Positions 39,001 through 52,300 of a stretch of 64,000 bases of DNA are shown piece by piece. The translations under genes were made by a program, and so were the position numbers. Position 1 is the stretch's first letter, and each line of letters starts with the position of its first letter. The notes beneath the pieces are model-generated. The model was given only the letters and a program-made list of their open reading frames with translations. It did not search any database and had not been told where the DNA came from. Source of the stretch: Heptranchias perlo (taxonomy: Eukaryota); the NCBI RefSeq assembly GCF_035084215.1, contig NC_090349.1:26660001-26724000 (forward strand), read 5' to 3'.

Positions 39001-42000
39001 TAAGAATGCAAAACCCGACTCCAACCCGCCCACTTCCAGTTTTAACGGAGGCGGGACGAGTGGCGGGCGACCAATCCACTCTCAGGAGGAGGGTTGATCA
39101 CTGAAAGCTTTCAAGGAGGCTGTGGGCCTCCATTTTTACAGCTGTTTTTTAGCTGAGATTCCCGGGCCTTCTACTTCACGTGAGAGGAGTCGAGACGTTC
39201 CGAAAAAGCAGGTAGGTGCCTTTATTGCACTGCTTGTGGGCCTAGAGGAGCAGGAGTGCTTCCGCCAGGCCTAACAAGCCTACCTGCAGCAACCGCCCCC
39301 TCCCCCACAACATCTCCGAAACCCCCCACCCGGGATCTCCGAACCACCCCCCGCTGCCCCCCCGACCGCGCACTCCGACCCCCCCCACCGCGCACTCCGA
39401 CCCCCCCCACCGTGCACTCCGACCCCCCCCCCCCACCGTGCACTCCGACCCCCCCCCACCGCGCTCTCCGACCCCCCCCCACCGCGCTCTCCGACCCCCC
39501 CCCCACCGCGCTCTCCGACCCCCCCCCCACCGCGCTCTCCGACCCCCCCCCCACCGCGCTCTCCGACCCCCCCCCCCACCGCGCTCTCCGACCCCCCCCC
39601 CACCGCGCTCTCTGACCCCCCCCCACCGCGCTCTCTGACCCCCCCCCACCACGCTCTCCGACCCCCCCCCACCACGCTCTCCGACCCCCCCCCCCACCAC
39701 GCTCTCCGACCCCCCCCCCCACCACGCTCTCCGACCCCCCCCCCCACCACGCTCTCCGACCCCCCCCCACCACGCTCTCCGACCCCCCCCCACCACGCTC
39801 TCCGACCCCCGCCCCCCCACCACGCTCTCCGACCCCCCCCCCCACCACGCTCTCCGACCCCCCCCCCCCACCACGCTCTCCGACCCCCCCCCCCACCACG
39901 CTCTCCGACCCCCCCCCCGCACCACGCTCTCCGACCCCCCCCCCACCACCACGCTCTCCGACCCCCCCCCCACCACCACGCTCTCCGACCCCCCCCCCAC
40001 CACCACGCTCTCCGACCCCCCCCCCACCACCACGCTCTCCGACCCCCCCCCCCACCACCACGCTCTCCGACCCCCCCCCCCACCACCACGCTCTCCGACC
40101 CCCCCCCCCACCACCACGCTCTCCGACCCCCCCCCACCACCACGCTCTCCGACCCCCCCCCCCACCACCACGCTCTCCGACCCCCCCCCCCCACCACCAC
40201 GCTCTCCGACCCCCCCCCACCACCACGCTCTCCGACCCCCCCCCCCACCACCACGCTCTCCGACCCCCCCCCCCACCACCACGCTCTCCGACCCCCCCCC
40301 CCACCACCACGCTCTCCGACCCCCCCCCCCACCACCACGCTCTCCGACCCCCCCCCACCACCACGCTCTCCGACCCCCCCCCCCACCACCACGCTCTCCG
40401 ACCCCCCCCCCACCACCACGCTCTCCGACCCCCCCCCCCACCACCACGCTCTCCGACCCCCCCCCCCCACCACCACGCTCTCCGACCCCCCCCCCCACCA
40501 CCACGCTCTCCGACCCCCCCCCCCACCACCACGCTCTCCGACCCCCCCCCCCACCACCACGCTCTCCGACCCCCCCCCCCACCACCACGCTCTCCGACCC
40601 CCCCCCCCACCACCACGCTCTCCGACCCCCCCCCCCACCACCACGCTCTCCGACCCCCCCCCCCACCACCACGCTCTCCGACCCCCCCCCCCACCACCAC
40701 GCTCTCCGACCCCCCCCCCCACCACCACGCTCTCCGACCCCCCCCACCACCACCACGCTCTCCGACCCCCCCCCCACCACCACGCTCTCCGACCCCCCCC
40801 CCCACCACGCTCTCCGACCCCCCCCCCCCACCACCACGCTCTCCGACCCCCCCCCCCCACCACCACGCTCTCCGACCCCCCCCCCACCACCACGCTCTCC
40901 GACCCCCCCCCCCACCACCACGCTCTCCGACCCCCCCCCCCACCACCACGCTCTCCGACCCCCCCCCCCACCACCACGCTCTCCGACCCCCCCCCCCACC
41001 ACCACGCTCTCCGACCCCCCCCCCCCACCACCACGCTCTCCGACCCCCCCCCCCCACCACCACGCTCTCCGACCCCCCCCCCCCACCACCACGCTCTCCG
41101 ACCCCCCCCCCCCCACCACCACGCTCTCCGACCCCCCCCCCCACCACCACGCTCTCCGACCCCCCCCCCCCACCACCACGCTCTCCGACCCCCCCCCCCC
41201 ACCACCACGCTCTCCGACCCCCCCCCCACCACCACGCTCTCCGACCCCCCCCCCCCACCACCACGCTCTCCGACCCCCCCCCCACCACCACGCTCTCCGA
41301 CCCCCCCCCCCCACCACCACGCTCTCCGACCCCCCCCCCCCACCACCACGCTCTCCGACCCCCCCCCCCCACCACCACGCTCTCCGACCCCCCCCCCCCA
41401 CCACCACGCTCTCCGACCCCCCACCCCCACCACGCTCTCCGACGACCCCCCCCCACCACGCCTTCCCAGCTCTGTGATAAAATTTAGGCCAGTGCTTATG
41501 CCCCAAGAAGAATATGACTAACAGGGACTCTACTAGTCAAGAAGCACCTTTTATCTTGGTTTAGTGGCACAAGCTCATTATGGGACCGTTAACAACAAAT
41601 GACCAACAAGACAGTTCATTTAGGTGCCTGGATAATAAACCTTGCTGTTTGTTGCATGTCACAACATATGTCTCTTTTTATGGGCCAAACTCCAGGTTCT
41701 GTTCCCTAATTTAGTATGGGATGTCAGGCAACAACAGTTGTCATTTATATGTTGCTACCTCGGAAGGTGGGAACGTTAGTATATTCTTGCTTGGCCTGGA
41801 AGTTCAATCTTTTACAAGTTGCTCAGATGTTCTGAGGTGGAAAAATTAAGTGGGTGGGAAATTTAAAAAAAATTTAAAATGGGAATTTTGTGCTCATCAA
41901 ACTAAAGGATGGTTAGTGTTGGGAAATTGAATACTTTTCATTTAGCATTTTCAGATTAGATATTTCACAGTTAAATGCAGATCAAAGATCACTCCACTCC

Positions 42001-43251
42001 GGGCCAACCTCAAAAGAGAGCTCTTTAATGAACCAGTGTGACAGTTTTCCATTTTCACACCAGCAATTCTGTCATTTATTTGAGTAAGATTACTAATTTA
42101 GTTTCAAATTATAGACAATTTTGTGCTGTGGACCAGTGCCCACTTGGAACTGGATTAAGACCCTTACAACCAGCATACAAGGGAAATTTTCATCTTATTA
42201 CCCTAAGCTAGATTTGAACTCAGGTCCTAGAGATAAAAGGCCATTGGATAAGCCCACTGCACCATCTAGTACCACAAGTAAGAGGGTTGCTACATTTCAA
42301 AGACATTGAATGTATGTGAAGCAATTTGCGCTATATCTGAGAGATGTGATCTATAAATGCAGGCTGATCATGTAATCTCCTGCCACTTGCTAATTTCTTT
42401 GAGGGAGGAATGGGCAAAAGTAGAATCTTGTACTAATATTTTTGCTTTCATGTAGCAGTTGCAATTTTGTAGAGCGATGCCCTTGCTTGCTGTAAGCGAC
42501 CTAATTCGGTGAAGATACATACTTGTCACCATATGCACAGTCAATAGCCCCAGAATCCTGGAAAATCCAACAAATGTCACAGAAGTGTTGTTTTTCCTGT
42601 TACTGGTTTCTAGGGAAGCAGATATGTCTATCTGCTCTCTTTACCAGTGCAGCTGTAACTTGCTATATACATCTTTTCACAAAGTGGGTGTCAGGAAAAA
42701 CCGCTGGAAAGATTCAGAAGTGGCAGTTGCGTAGAGGGTGTTTGCTGCGGTTAGTTTTTGCAGGAAAGCCTGCAAAAGCTTCTGAAACAGCTTCTAGATG
42801 CTTCTGTATGTTGTGGCAGATGGGGTACTGGCATTTCTGCTAATTCCAAACCTTCTGACGCACTGTTGATCAGAGTGTTAGCTAGTTACTGCAAGGAGAG
42901 TAGATCTGCTCAGGAGGGTATAGCCTCCTCCTCCTGTATCCACTGTAAAACCTGGTGTATTATATCCTTCTGCATGTCCTTCAAATATAAGAATGTAATT
43001 TATACAGACATGGATTGTATAAGGCTTTATCAGAACAGCAACTATACCGCGATTTACAGTAAATTCTCAAGCGACAATGAGTGTAACAGACTTCATTCCA
43101 CTACAGACTCCACATCCAGTGATTTACATTGGTATAGCATAACTTCCTTGCTTTTGTACTCTATGCCTCAATTTCTTAAGCCAAGCATCCCATATACTTT
43201 TTTAACATCCTTATCAACTTGTCCTGCCACCTTCAAAGATTTGTGTATGGG

Positions 43252-43302
<51 letters not shown>

Positions 43303-46300
43303 ACTCAAAGTAGAAAAGTCACCCGATCCAGATGGATGCATACTAGGTTACTGAGGGAAGTAAAGATGGAAATTGTGGAGGCTCTGGCCATAATCTTCCA
43401 ATTGTCCTTAGATATGGGGGTGGTGCCGGAGGACTGGATGATTGCAAATGTTACACCCTGTTCATTAAAGGGGAGAGAGATAAACCCGGCAATTACAGGT
43501 CAGTTAGCCTAATGTTGGTGGTGGGGGAACTTTTAGACAATAATCCGGGACAAAATTAATTGGCACTTGGAAAAGTATGGGCTAATAAATGAAAGTCAAC
43601 ATGGATTTATTAAATGAAAACCTAACTTGATTGAGTTATTTGATGAAGTAACAGGGAGGGTTGATGAGGGTAGTGCGGTTGATGATATGTATATGGACTT
43701 TCAAAAGGCATTTGATAAAGTACCACATAATAGACTTGTAAGCAAAATTAAAGCCTTGGGATGAAAGAAACAGTGGTAGCATGGATACAAAATTGGCTCG
43801 GACCAAAAGCAGAGACTAGTGGTGTTCCCCAGGGGATATTAGGACCTTTGCTCTTTTTGATATATATTAATAACCTGGACATGAGTACAGAGGGTATAAT
43901 TTCAAAGAGCACAGATAACATAAAACTTGGAGATGTAGTAAACAATGTGGAGGATAGTAACAGACTTCAGGAGGACAGACTGGTGAAATGGGCAGACACA
44001 TGGCAGATGAAATTTAATGGAGAGAAGTGTGAAGTGATACATTTTGGTAGGAAGAATGAGGAGAGGCAATATAAACTAAATGGTACAATTTTAAAGGGAG
44101 TACAGGAACAGAGAGACCTGGGGATGTATGTACACAAATCTTTGAAGGTGGCAGGACAAGTTGAGAAGGCTGCTTGAAAAGCATATGGGATCCTGGGCTT
44201 TATTAATAGACGCATAGAGTACAAAAGAAAGGAAGTTTTGCTAAACCTTTGTAAAACACTGGTTAGGCCTTAGCTGGAGTATTTTGTTCAATTCTGGGCA
44301 CCATACTTTAGAAAGGATGTCAAGGCCCTATAGAGAGAGTGCAGAAGAGAGTTACTAGAATGGTACCAAGGATAAGGGACTTTAGTAATGCGGAGAGACT
44401 GGTGAAGCTGGGGTTGTTTTCCTTAGAGCAGTGTAGGTTAAGAGGAGATTTGATAGAGGTGTTCAAAATCATGAATGGTCTTGTTAGAGTAAATAAAGAG
44501 AAACTGTTTCTAGTGGCAGAAGGGTCGGTAACCAGAGGACACAGATTTAAAGTGATCGACAAAAGAACTAGAGACGAAATGAGGAAACATTTTTTTATGG
44601 AGTGAGTTATGATGATCGGGAATGCATTGCCTGAAAGGGTGGAGGAAGCAGATTCAATAGTAACTTTCAAAAGCAAATTGGCTAAATACTTGAAGGGAAA
44701 AAATTTACAGGATTATGGGAAAAGAGCAGGGGAGTGGGACTAATTGGATAGCTCTTTCAAAGAGCCAGCACAGGCACGATGGGCCGAATGGTTTCCTCCT
44801 GCGCTGTACCATACTGCAATACTATGATATATATGTATATCCAAGTTTGTAGATTACACTAAATTAGGAGACATAGTAAGTTGTGTAGATGGGAGCAGGC
44901 TGTTACAAAGAGACACAGACAGATAAAGTGAATGGGCAAAATTATGGCAGATGGAGTTCAAAATGAGGTCTTCCACTTTGGATCTGAGAAAGAAAAATTG
45001 GAATATTTTCTTTAATTGTGAGAAACTAGGAGCTGTGGAGGAGCATAGGGATTTGGGGGTCCATGTACACAAATCACTAAAAGCTAGTGCAGAGGTATAA
45101 AAAGCAATCAAAAAGGCTAATGGAATGTTGGCCTTCATCGCAAGGGCGGGAATACAAAATGAGGAAGTAATGCTCCAGTTATACAGAGCCTTGGTCAGAT
45201 CCCATTTGGAGTACTGCATTCAGTTTTAGGAACTGCTCCTCAGGAAAGATATATTGGTCTTGGAGGGAGTACAACGCAGATTCACCAGAATGATACTGGG
45301 GCTTATAGGGTTAAATTATTCAGACAGGTTACATTAACTTGGTTTGTATTCCCTTGACTTTAGAAGGTTGAGGGATGTGAAAAAGGCATGCCACTATCTT
45401 CTTGGAGAACTAGGGCAGGGCACTAAATGTGGGCTCACCAGTGTCATTCGCATCCTGAGAACAAGTAGCATAAGATAGCATAGCAATTAAGCCTCATGCT
45501 TTATAATGACAGAAGCAGCATTGTAAAGTTTAGAACATATATGAAACACTTTCTTATTGAGTTAGAATCAAGTATGTTTTTCTGTCTAATGTTTCTGCTT
45601 CTGTTCTGTCCTCTAGCCTGTTCACTGATGGAGAAAATAGCTGAAATGAAGGAACAGAAAGCCAGGGAGTATCGAGTCATGCTGCAGCAACTGTCACTTA
45701 GTCCACAGCTGAAAACCATACACATCCCCAGATCAGTGGAGAGCTCACCATTTCTGCAGGTGTCTGCACCACATTCCTACAATATCCTCTTAAAACTAAC
45801 TGATTTAACATTTTTTCAATCCCATTATCCCAGGCATATACTTGAAAGTAGCAGATATTTGGCATTCTGTTCTATAGGATCTAAAATTAGTTTAGAAAAA
45901 TGCTGTTTTCCAATTATACAAGAATGAGTAGTATAGGATGTATGATTGTACAAATATCTCCATCAGATCAGATTACTCATTTAGAAATTCAGGAGAAATA
46001 AATGAAAGTCATGTTAATGAAAGATCTGAGTTTTGCTAACACAATAAGAGCTAGGTATTAAGATTGTGGGGAACGGCCTAGCTTTCGTCCTGCTGGGTCC
46101 TCATGCTGCTGATGGAAGCATTGGTGTTTTTTGCTTGGTACAATGCAGGCAGAAGAGGTGTTATTTTCTTCCCTTTTTAGATCCACCTGCCCCATGTAAA
46201 AGGATAAACAGGCAACCTAATGCCACACCTCTTCACATTTATAGAAAGAAAGACTTGCAGTTATATAACACCTTTCAAAACCTCGAGACGTCCTAAAGCG

Positions 46301-49300
46301 CTTTACAACCAATGAAGTACGTATGAAGTGTAGTCACTGTTGTAATGTAGGAAACGCAGAACCCAATTTGCGCACGGCAAGCTCCCACAAACAGCAATGA
46401 AATAAATGACCATATCATCTATTTTAGGTGTTAGTTAACGGATAAATGTTGGCCAGAACACCGGGAGAACTCCCCTGACGTGGGATCTTTTACATCCACC
46501 TGAGAGAGTAGATGGGGCCTTGGTTTAACATCTCACCTGAAAGACATTATACTTTATAACGATTACTAGAAAGTGTGTGAAAGAACTTAGGATGACCACA
46601 CACTAAATTTACCTGCCCGCGGAAAGTCCCCTCAACTCCACTTGGTGTCTTTTCCAGCGTCTCAGTCATACTTGGGAATTCATTGTGTAGGGCATTAACT
46701 CACATGTTACTATTGGTATATCAACCAGCTCTATCACTGAGTGTCAGTGATTTCATATAGGACAAGTTAACAGTTTTGATTGGGCAGTCTGTGGGCAAAA
46801 CTAGGGAAAATTAAAGCACATTCCAGCAAATATTTCCTGGGAAGCACTGGCAGAGCATTGGGTATGGCATTTCCTCACCTTTTCCAGCTGGACAATGGTG
46901 TATGCTGCAGGGAATGGGTTGGGAAAAAATATATAATAAATTGTTGTGGAAAATTTGGGATTTTACAAAAGCAGTATATGTTTAAAACAATAAACTACTT
47001 TTATTTTCTATATGAGTAGGTTGTGGTGGAAAAGGTGATGTTTCTACTTTATGGCATCATTGCTTCATTTTCCCTACTGTGTACATTGTGGGTTTTTTAC
47101 TGACCAATGTTCTCTCTTTTTCTGAAAGTATTGGCTCCTTGTTAGGGCACAGTTGCTTGGTCACTGGTCACCTTCAGCCAAGTGACGATATTAATTTTTG
47201 GACAGTGACTGTCAGCAGGCTGTTTGATCATGGGAAGCATCTCAGTCAACCTTAATCCTGTCCTTGCCCAACATCTACTCACATGCTCACTTCTAGCACG
47301 GGTCACTAGATAACAGTGGCAGAACTGTGGCTGATTTTCCCCCCTCTCTCTCCCAACCCTGGGTCACTGAGGTCAATTGTACCACCCCTACCATTGTCCT
47401 GGCTGAGATCAGCTAACCCAACACATCAGGAATCAAAACTAGAATCTTGTTGATCTGAATGGTTCAGCCACTCACTGGATAAACTCAGTGAGCCATTAGT
47501 AGGATCCTTAATTTACACGGTTAGCAATGCTATTAGTCCTATGGGAAATACAGACTTCAGTGCTTACAAAACAAATGCATTTAAACTCAGTTCATTTAAC
47601 TTTTTTTTATTCGTTCATGGGATGTGGGCGTCGCTGGCGAGGCTGGCATTTATTGCCCATCCCTAATTGCCCTTGAGAAGGTGGTGGTGAGCCGCCTTCT
47701 TGAACCGCTGCAGTCCGTGTGGTGACGGTTCTCCCACAGTGCTGTTAGGAAGGGAGTTCCAGGATTTTGAACCAGCGACGATGAAGGAACGGCGATATAT
47801 TTCCAAGTTGGGATGGTGTGTGACTTGGAGGGGAACGTGCAGGTGTTGTTCCCATGTGCCTGCTGCCCTTGTCCTTCTAGGTGGTAGAGGTTGCGGGTTT
47901 GGGAGGTGCTGTCGAAGAAGCTTTGGCGAGTTGCTGCAGTGCATCCTGTGGATGGTACACACTGCAGCCACTGTGCGCCAGTGGTGAAGGGAGTGAATGT
48001 TTAGGGTGGTGGATGGGGTGCCAATCAAGTGGGCTGCTTTGTCCTGGATGGTGTTGAGCTTCTTGAGTGTTGTTGGAGCTGCACTCATCCAAGCAAGTGG
48101 AGAGTATTCCATCACACTCCTGACTTGTGCCTTGTAGATGGTGGAAAGGCTTTGGGGAGTCAGGAGGTGAGTCATTCACTGCAGAATACCCAGCCTCTGA
48201 CCTGCTCTCGTAGCCACAGTATTTATATGGCTGGTGCAGTTAAGTTTCTGGTCAATGGTGACCCCCAGGATGTTGATGGTGGGGGATTCGGTGATGGTAA
48301 TGCCATTGAATGTCTAGGGGAGGTGGTTAGACTCTCTCTCGTTGGAGATGGTCATTGCCTGGCACTTATCTGGCGCGAATGTTACTTGCCACTTATCAGC
48401 CCAAGCCTGGATGTTTTGCTGCATGCGGGCTCGGACTGCTTCATTATTTGAAGGGTTGCGAATGGAACCGAACACTGTGCAATCATCAGCGAACATGCCC
48501 GTTTATGACCTTATGATGGAGGGAAGGTCATTGATGACGATGGTTGGGCCTAGGACACTGCCCTGAGGAACTCCTGCAGCAATGTCCTGGGGCTGAGATG
48601 ATTGGCCTCCAACAACCACTACCATCTTCCTTTGTGCTAGGTATGACTCCAGCCACTGGAGAGTTTTCCCCCTGATTCCCATTGACTTCAATTTTACTAG
48701 GGCTCCTTGGTGCCACACTCGGTCAATTGCTGCCTTGATGTCAAAGGCAGTCACTCTCACCTCACCTCTGGAATTCAGCTCTTTTGTTCATGTTTGGACC
48801 AAGGCTGTAATGAGGTCTGGAGCTGAGTGGTCCTGGCGGAACCCAAACTGAGCATCGGTGAGCAGGTTATTGGTGAGTAAGTGCCGCTTGTTAGCACTGT
48901 CGACGACACCTTCTATCACTTTGCTGATGATTGAGAGTAGACTGTTGGGGCGGTAATTGGCCGGATTGGATTTGTCCTGCTTTTTGTGGACAGGACATAC
49001 CTGGGCAATTTTCCACATTGTCGGGTAGATGCCAGTGTTGTCGCTGTACTGGAACAGCTTGGCTAGAGGCGCAGCTAGTTCTGGAGCACAAGTCTTCAGC
49101 ATTACAGCTGGGGTGTTGTCGGGGCCCATAGCCTTTGCTGTATCCAGTGCACTCAGCGGTTTCTTGATATCACGTGGAGTGAATCGAATTGGCTGAAGAC
49201 TGGCTTCTTTGATGGTGGGGATATCGGGAGGAGGCCGAGATGGATCATCCACTCGGCACTTCTGGCTGAAGATGGTTGCAAACGCTTCAGACTTGTCTTT

Positions 49301-52300
49301 TGCACTCACGTGCTGGACTCCGCCATCATTGAGGATGGGGATGTTGGCAGAGTCTCCTCCTCCCGTTAGTTGTTTAATTGTCCACCACCATTCACGACTG
49401 GATGTGGCAGGACTGCAGAGCTTTGATCTGATCCGTTGGTTGTGGAATCGCTTAGCTCTGTCTATAGCATGTTGCTTCCGCTGTTTAGCATGCATGTAGT
49501 CCTGAGTTGTAGTTGGCACCTCATTTTTGGGTATGCCTGGTGCTGCTCCTGGCATGCTCTTCTACACTCCTCATTGAACCAAGGTTGATCCCCTGGCTTG
49601 TTGGTAGAGTGAGGAATATGCCGGGCCATGAGGTTACAGATTGTGCTGGAATACAATTCTGCTGCTGCTGGCCCACAGTTCCTCATGGATGCCCAGTTTT
49701 GAGCTGCTAGATCTGTTCTGAATCTATCCCATTTAGCACGGTGGTAGTGCCACACAACACGTTGGATGGTGTCCTCAGTGCGAGGACGGGACTTCATCTC
49801 CACGAGGACTGTGCGATGGTCACTCCTACCAATACTGTCATGGACAGATGCATTTGCGACAGGTAGATTGGTGAGGACGAGGTCAAATAAGTTTTTCCCC
49901 CGTGTTGGTTTGCTCACCACCTGCCGCAGGCCCAGTCTAGCAGCTAATGTCCTTCAGGACTCGACCAGATCGGTCAGTAGTTTAGTGGTGCTACCGAGCC
50001 ACTCTTGGTGATGGACATTGAAGTCCCCCACCCAGAGTACATTCTGTGCCCTTGCTACCCTCAGTGCTTCCTCCAAGTGGTGCTCAACATGGAGGAGGAC
50101 TGATACATCAGCTGAGGAACAGTAGGTGGTAATCAGCAGGAAGTTTCCTTGCCCATGTTTGACCTGATGCCATGAGATTTCATGGGGTCCAGAGTCAATG
50201 TTGAGGACTCCCAGGGCCACTCCCTCCTGACTGTATATCACTGTACCGCCACCTCTGGTGGGTCTGTCCTGCCGGTGGGACAGGACATACCCAGGGATGG
50301 TGATGGAAGAGTCTGGGACGTTGGCTGAAAGGTATGATTCTGTGAGTATGGCTATGTCAGGCTGTTGCTTGACGAGTCTGTGGGACAGCTCTCCCAATTT
50401 CGGCACAGGTCCCCAGATGTTAGTGAGGAGGACTTTGCAGGGTCGACTGGGCTTGGTTTGCCGTTGTCGTGTCCGGTACCTAGTGGTCCGTCCAGTTTTA
50501 TTCTTATTATGACTTTTCGTAGCAAGATTTTACAACTGAGTGGCTTGTTAGGCCATTTCAGAGGGCAATTAAGAATCAACCACATTGCTGTGGGTCTGGA
50601 GTCACATATAGGCCAGACCGGGTAAGGACGGCAGGTTTCTTTTCCTAAAGGGCATTAGTGAACCAGATGGGTTTTTACAACAACCCGGTAGTTTCATGGC
50701 CATCATTACTGATACTAGTATTTTAATTCCAGATTTTTATTTAATTAATTGAATTTAAATTCACCAGCTGCCATAGCAGGATTTGAACTCATGACCCCGG
50801 ATTTTTAGTCCAGGCCTCTGGATTACTAGTCCGGTTACATAACCACTATGCTACTGTACCCAGGTTTCTGATTTGAAGCACAGTATTTCAGTTTCAACCA
50901 AGCTAGTCTAAAATAATAAAATTATTTTTAAAAGGTTACAAAGATCCAAAAAAAGTAGAATTGGCAGATGTGAAACATAAAACTCCAAACCTTCTTACTT
51001 TTGTGCAACAATAGTTTCTCTCCTTTATCAACAGCTGCCTCTTTTTCTGTTCTATTAGTCCATTAAAAAAACAAAGACTGTCAGTTTCTGCAGTGGCTGA
51101 CTGCTTATAACTTGTGAAGACCATGTACTGCAATGCAGTGGATACCTAATTAGAAAACAGAAACGTATTCCTAGAAAAGACAGAGGAAAATCTGAAGGAC
51201 CTGGGAGTAGAGGAAGCTGGAGTATAAGAAACACTGCTTTTCAGTTTTTTGGCATTATTAACTTTCTAAGCTTGCAGAATGACTTCATCCATTCTAATGA
51301 GCTTACTTTTAACACGAGTAACTCCACTAGCCTAGCAACCCATTCAATGCTATGTCTGTGAAAGTGCCAATCTTCAGCATTCTTGGTAAACAAAATAGAT
51401 TGCATGGCCTGTGCCAAGTAGCCTTGATGTATTCAGATTGATTTGGGCAACATTTTCTAAATCCAGTGACTATTGATGGTCTTTTGTGTAAATTCCATAT
51501 GTTCTCATATTATGTGCGTTCTTTTAAAATATACTGCAAGTTATAAAAGAAACAGTTAATGTCCTACAATTTTATCGGCTAACGGATATGTGTTGTTCAA
51601 TACTTTTAAAATTATTTGTGGGTGCTTTCAGAACAGCACAACAGCTCCGGTGAAGTCAAATGGTTGCACTATTTTCACAAATTCATATTTATGTTGAAAG
51701 TGTCAGTCTTGGCTCAGTGGTAACACTTGCGTCTCAGAGTCAGAAGTGTAGGGTAACTTTAGTTTTATTAAGTTTCACACAAGGTTCAGCAATACGTGCG
51801 CTTAAGCAGTAGTCAACAGTGCAGAACAACAGCTATATCACCCGTCCTGCATCAGGTAGAGGTCGTGCCTACTTTGTACAGGAGTCTTGATAGTCACCCT
51901 GCCTGGGGTCTCTTCCATTGATACCGTTGTAGGCTCTTGGCCTTGCCCCACCCGGGGTTTCCTCTTATCCCGCCTGAGGTTTCCCCTCTTCCTGTCCCTT
52001 AATCGTGACAAGGTTCCCTTTGTACTTCTCCGACTCGTAGGCCGCTGACCTTTATGGATCCGGATCCTCTTCACCTCAGGGATGCCTGGTTTCACTCCAG
52101 GGTTAACCTATACTCCCGTCTATGTTCTCTGCAACCTGACCCTTGTACAGGGTGTCTTGTTTATGCCACTGTTGAGGGTGGTTACATGGGCTATTATAGA
52201 CACAGGTGTTTGACCCTATGGGGGTCTTTCCAAAAGGCATGGTGGCCAATTGGGTATCGAGTATCTTCCAGACAAAGGAAGAGGAGTCGGCTTACTCCTG

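Noticed and set aside
39355-41460. CRISPR-like array
   Set aside because: No unique spacers (only variable C-runs), eukaryotic context, no cas genes.
39222-41506. Three 717-754 aa Gly-rich ORFs on the minus strand
   Set aside because: All three frames are open only because the minisatellite unit has no stop codon; no splice, promoter or codon evidence.
43126-43298. Twin-priming inversion of the adjacent CR1
   Set aside because: The inverted piece duplicates, rather than complements, sequence in the forward copy and is clearly diverged, so it is probably an independent insertion.
42758-43354. 198-aa plus-strand ORF
   Set aside because: Crosses unrelated repeats and a (TA)n microsatellite; no coding signature.
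50779-50861. Stand-alone tRNA gene
   Set aside because: No acceptor-stem closure, elongated variable region and no T-run terminator; it is a retroelement head.
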